From positions 81,900-145,899 of the forward strand of contig CALODR010000004.1 in assembly GCA_942492175.1 (NCBI GenBank): a DNA stretch of 64,000 nt, given 5' to 3'. The notes beneath the pieces are model-generated. The model worked only from the letters and a program-made list of their open reading frames with translations. It searched no databases and had not been told where the DNA came from. Below are positions 61,063-64,000 of this stretch, one piece after another; position 1 is the stretch's first letter; each line of letters begins with the position of its first letter. The stretch comes from an uncultured bacterium. Lineage in GTDB: Bacteria > Acidobacteriota > Aminicenantia > UBA2199. Position numbers and translations under genes: made by a program.

Positions 61063-62406
61063 TTAAAAAGCCAGAGTAAATGTTGTTAATCCATCTATAT
61101 AAGTTACACTTATCTGACCTTTATGGAGTTTCATGATCTGTTTGCAGAGGCTTAACCCTATGCCTGAGGATTTTTTTGTTGAATAAAATGGAATGAATAT
61201 TTTACTTTTATTCTGATCTGAGATCCCTGTTCCGTTATCAATAACCTGAATAACAACCCTTCCACTATCACTAAGAAAGGAATTAACTATGATTATCGGA
61301 CTTTGTACATCTTTTAATGCGTGTATTGCATTAATCACTAAATTGATCAGGACCTGTTCAATCAAAGAAGAATCAGCACTTATTTCTAAAGATTCAGGAT
61401 CAATGTTTTGAATGACCTCAATACCGTTCTTTTTTATATTATTTTGAAGAATTGTAATAGTATTTGATATGAGATCCTTAACGGATAAAATTTCCAGTAT
61501 AGGTTTTGGTATTATAGCCAGGTTCCGGTAAGCATTCACAAAATCTATCAGGCCTTTAGACCTTGCATGAATTGTCTTCAGTGAATCTCTGATATCCTGA
61601 ATATTATCTTTACATCCTGTAGTTTCTGTATCAAGCAGTTTAATCAGGTCATATGTCGTTGAGCTGAGTGAAGAAATAGGAGTAAGAGAGTTCATTATTT
61701 CATGTGTAAGTACTCTTATCAATTTCTGCCATGCCTCCACCTCCTTGTCTTCAAGAACATTATGAATATCCTGAATTGACAGAAGAGTTAAATTTCGTTC
61801 TCCAATCCTGAATTCAAATACTGAAAAAGCCATTTGTTTCTGCTCATCATTAATATTAACTTTTTTTACAATCTTATTCCCATGCCTTATCTCCGTAATT
61901 AATTCATATATATCAGGATGAGATATCTTTAAACTATTAATGTTTTTCAAAAAACTTAAATTTAATATTTTTTTGCCGGCATGGTTAATAAAATCAACAT
62001 TTCCCTGATGATCATAACATATTAATGCATCATTAATGTATTGGACAATAGTTTGCATATAACGGAAGCTTTTTTCCTTTTCACGACTGTTTTGTTTGAA
62101 ATTTTCAACAACCTTATTAAAAGCTGAATTTAATTCAAGGAAAGATTTTCCCATTTTTTTATCGGTGAATGACTGGGTAAAATCTGAATACTCAATTGCC
62201 TCAAGAAAACGTTTGAAATCACGATTGGTAATATCCATGAACCGGAGAAGAGTTACAATCTGATAAATAAGTATAATAAAAACCCCGGCGGCAAGAAGAA
62301 TATTTTGATACTGAAAATACAGATAGATATTAATATATATATTGATACAGATCAGAATGATCTGAAATAGAGCTTTGATTTTGAATGTTTTAAAATAACT
62401 TATCAT
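61063..62406 (-). CDS. Sensor histidine kinase (TM + PAS-like + HisKA + HATPase_c), NtrB/ZraS-like
   Basis: 447 aa with N-terminal TM helices. The HisKA H-box is LTHEIMNSLTPISS. The ATPase N and G boxes are INLVINAIHA and DNGTGISDQ...GIGLSLCKQIM. Confidence 0.75.
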   Translation of the reverse strand: MISYFKTFKIKALFQIILICINIYINIYLYFQYQNILLAAGVFIILIYQIVTLLRFMDITNRDFKRFLEAIEYSDFTQSFTDKKMGKSFLELNSAFNKVVENFKQNSREKEKSFRYMQTIVQYINDALICYDHQGNVDFINHAGKKILNLSFLKNINSLKISHPDIYELITEIRHGNKIVKKVNINDEQKQMAFSVFEFRIGERNLTLLSIQDIHNVLEDKEVEAWQKLIRVLTHEIMNSLTPISSLSSTTYDLIKLLDTETTGCKDNIQDIRDSLKTIHARSKGLIDFVNAYRNLAIIPKPILEILSVKDLISNTITILQNNIKKNGIEVIQNIDPESLEISADSSLIEQVLINLVINAIHALKDVQSPIIIVNSFLSDSGRVVIQVIDNGTGISDQNKSKIFIPFYSTKKSSGIGLSLCKQIMKLHKGQISVTYIDGLTTFTLAF

Positions 62407-62424
62407 TTACAATGATCACTTGTT

Positions 62425-63810
62425 TCAGGTCAGAGATAAACCAAATTTCTCAATTCTCCGGTATAGTGCCGATCTTGACAAACCGAGTTCTATTGCTGTT
62501 TTGGAGATATTATTCTTATGTTTTGCCAATGCCTTTAAGATGATTTTTTTTTCACTGCTTCCCAGATCGAGATTATTGGTGTTTGTGAAATCTATCTTAG
62601 AAGAAATGAAGAAATCATCAGGACAGAGAATATCATTCTCACTCATTATAACAGCTCTCTCAGTGGAATGTTTTAGCTCGCGGACATTCCCGGGCCACCT
62701 GTAATTTAGTAATTTCTCTCTGGTTTCTGGAGATAATCTCTTTTCAGGTTTTTTATATTTTAAACAAAATTGTTTTAGAAAGATCTCAGCAAGCAAAATA
62801 ATGTCCTTCCCTCTATCCCTTAGCGGAGGGACCTGTATTTCTATAGTATTAATTCTATACAGGAGATCTTCTCTGAACTTATTCTCCTTTACCATTTCTC
62901 TGATATCAATATTAGTGGCCGATATTAAGCGGATATCAATAGGTATAGATTTGTGAGAGCCCAATCTCTTTACCTCCCGCGTTTCTAAAACTCTCAGTAT
63001 CTTTGCCTGGAGAGGCATCGGCAGATTCCCTATTTCATCTAAAAAAAGAGTACCGCCACTGGCAACTTCAAAATGTCCTGCTCTATCCTTAATTGCATCT
63101 GTAAATGCTCCCTTTACATGCCCGAATAATTCACTTTCAAAAAGGGTATCGCTTACCGCACCCATATCAACAGTTATAAAAGTCTCATTGCTTCTGTTTG
63201 ATTCGCGGTGAATGGCTCTGAATACGAGTTCTTTTCCTGTTCCATTTTCTCCCGTGATCAGAACATTAACGTCTGTTTTTGATATTTTTTTTATCGTATT
63301 AATAACTTCTTTTATAGCTTCCGAGTTCCCAAGAAGATTATTGAATGGTTTATTAATGTTTTCTATCAATTGTTCTTTTTGAGATTGGAGAGTTTTTATT
63401 TTATTTTTTGCCTTATTCAGATTTACAGCAGTGCTCAGGGTGGCCAGCAATTTCTCATTCTGCCATGGTTTTATAATAAAATCTGCAGCGCCCTCTTTTA
63501 TCGCCTTAACTGCAAGTTCTACATCCCCATACGCAGTAATAAGTATGACCTCTATTGAAGGATCAATTTTTTTTATCTTTTTTAAATAATAAAATCCTTC
63601 CTCTCCGCTTGTTACATCTCTTGTAAAATTCATATCGAGAAATATAACATCGTATTTATCTGTTCTTAAACCTGATATCACTGCTTGAGGATTATCACTT
63701 GTTTCCACAAATTCAACGTGTTGTTTTAAATAAAGTTTTGCAGCCTGCAGAACTCCCGGATCATCGTCGACGATCAATACTCTGGAATTAATTTTACTTT
63801 GTATGCTCAT
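62425..63810 (-). CDS. Sigma-54-dependent response regulator (receiver + AAA+ sigma-54 activator + Fis HTH), NtrC family
   Basis: The start is at MSIQSK (ATG at 63808-63810, checked). The receiver is VLIVDDDPGVL...DVIFLDMNF. The AAA+ domain has Walker A GENGTGKE, GAFTDA (the GAFTGA equivalent), ESELFGH and Walker B LFLDEIG. The C-terminal HTH is ISKTAIELGLSRSALYRRI. Confidence 0.85.
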   Translation of the reverse strand: MSIQSKINSRVLIVDDDPGVLQAAKLYLKQHVEFVETSDNPQAVISGLRTDKYDVIFLDMNFTRDVTSGEEGFYYLKKIKKIDPSIEVILITAYGDVELAVKAIKEGAADFIIKPWQNEKLLATLSTAVNLNKAKNKIKTLQSQKEQLIENINKPFNNLLGNSEAIKEVINTIKKISKTDVNVLITGENGTGKELVFRAIHRESNRSNETFITVDMGAVSDTLFESELFGHVKGAFTDAIKDRAGHFEVASGGTLFLDEIGNLPMPLQAKILRVLETREVKRLGSHKSIPIDIRLISATNIDIREMVKENKFREDLLYRINTIEIQVPPLRDRGKDIILLAEIFLKQFCLKYKKPEKRLSPETREKLLNYRWPGNVRELKHSTERAVIMSENDILCPDDFFISSKIDFTNTNNLDLGSSEKKIILKALAKHKNNISKTAIELGLSRSALYRRIEKFGLSLT

Positions 63811-64000
63811 TCCCATTAAGATAATAAGCAAATACGATACCAAAATCAATGATACTTGATAAATATATATATAAAACTTGAGGGAAAAAGTGTCCGATAG
63901 TGAACACGGATTGTCCACTATCAAACATTATTCACTACCACGGACCGTTTAAGGCCTGATAAGTATAGATCAGGAATTTGGCATCATTCTTGCAAATGTA

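Noticed and set aside
1-64000. Search for CRISPR arrays, tRNA or rRNA genes and insertion sequences
   Set aside because: I found no regularly spaced short repeats. No tRNA-like cloverleaf motif was apparent in the few intergenic gaps over 150 nt. I found no transposase, integrase or recombinase ORFs. The 35-bp repeat pair at 17014 and 17925 has no associated mobility gene.

Overview
This 64-kb window looks like part of a low-GC genome from an uncultivated FCB-group-like bacterium. Supporting hints are a FISUMP lipoprotein, an SBBP-repeat protein, a propeller/Y_Y_Y/LuxR regulator, two DUF5916 proteins and two tricorn proteases. It is gene-dense and mostly protein-coding; I found no rRNA, tRNA or CRISPR array by eye.

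Main content:
- **Peptidases:** two tricorn-type proteases (one truncated at the window start), an S41 peptidase, an M20 amidohydrolase and a frameshifted C25-like peptidase.
- **Arsenic/redox operon (20.1–25.9 kb, minus strand):** nine co-directional genes in the order ArsR, DUF318 permease, rhodanese, TauE/SafE, Thioredoxin_3, periplasmic thioredoxin, CcdA, ACR3, ArsC. It is bracketed by diverged nitroreductase paralogs.
- **Degraded zone (24–37 kb):** at least five genes are interrupted by in-frame stops or frameshifts.
- **Hydrolase/regulator island (36.9–54.5 kb):** three beta-lactamase-fold serine hydrolases, an MBL hydrolase, an esterase, an AraC regulator, an ankyrin protein and a LytS/LytTR two-component system.
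- **GC-rich block (54.5–58.9 kb):** a TPR-GGDEF diguanylate cyclase and a second DUF5916 paralog.
- **Window end:** a TolC gene followed by a sigma-54 histidine kinase/enhancer-binding-protein pair.

The most unusual items are the extended ars–thiol-relay operon, a large PAS protein with a duplicated unassigned sensory domain and no output domain, a 35-bp direct repeat placed identically upstream of two adjacent genes, tandem paralogous lipoproteins of unknown family, and the local cluster of pseudogenes.
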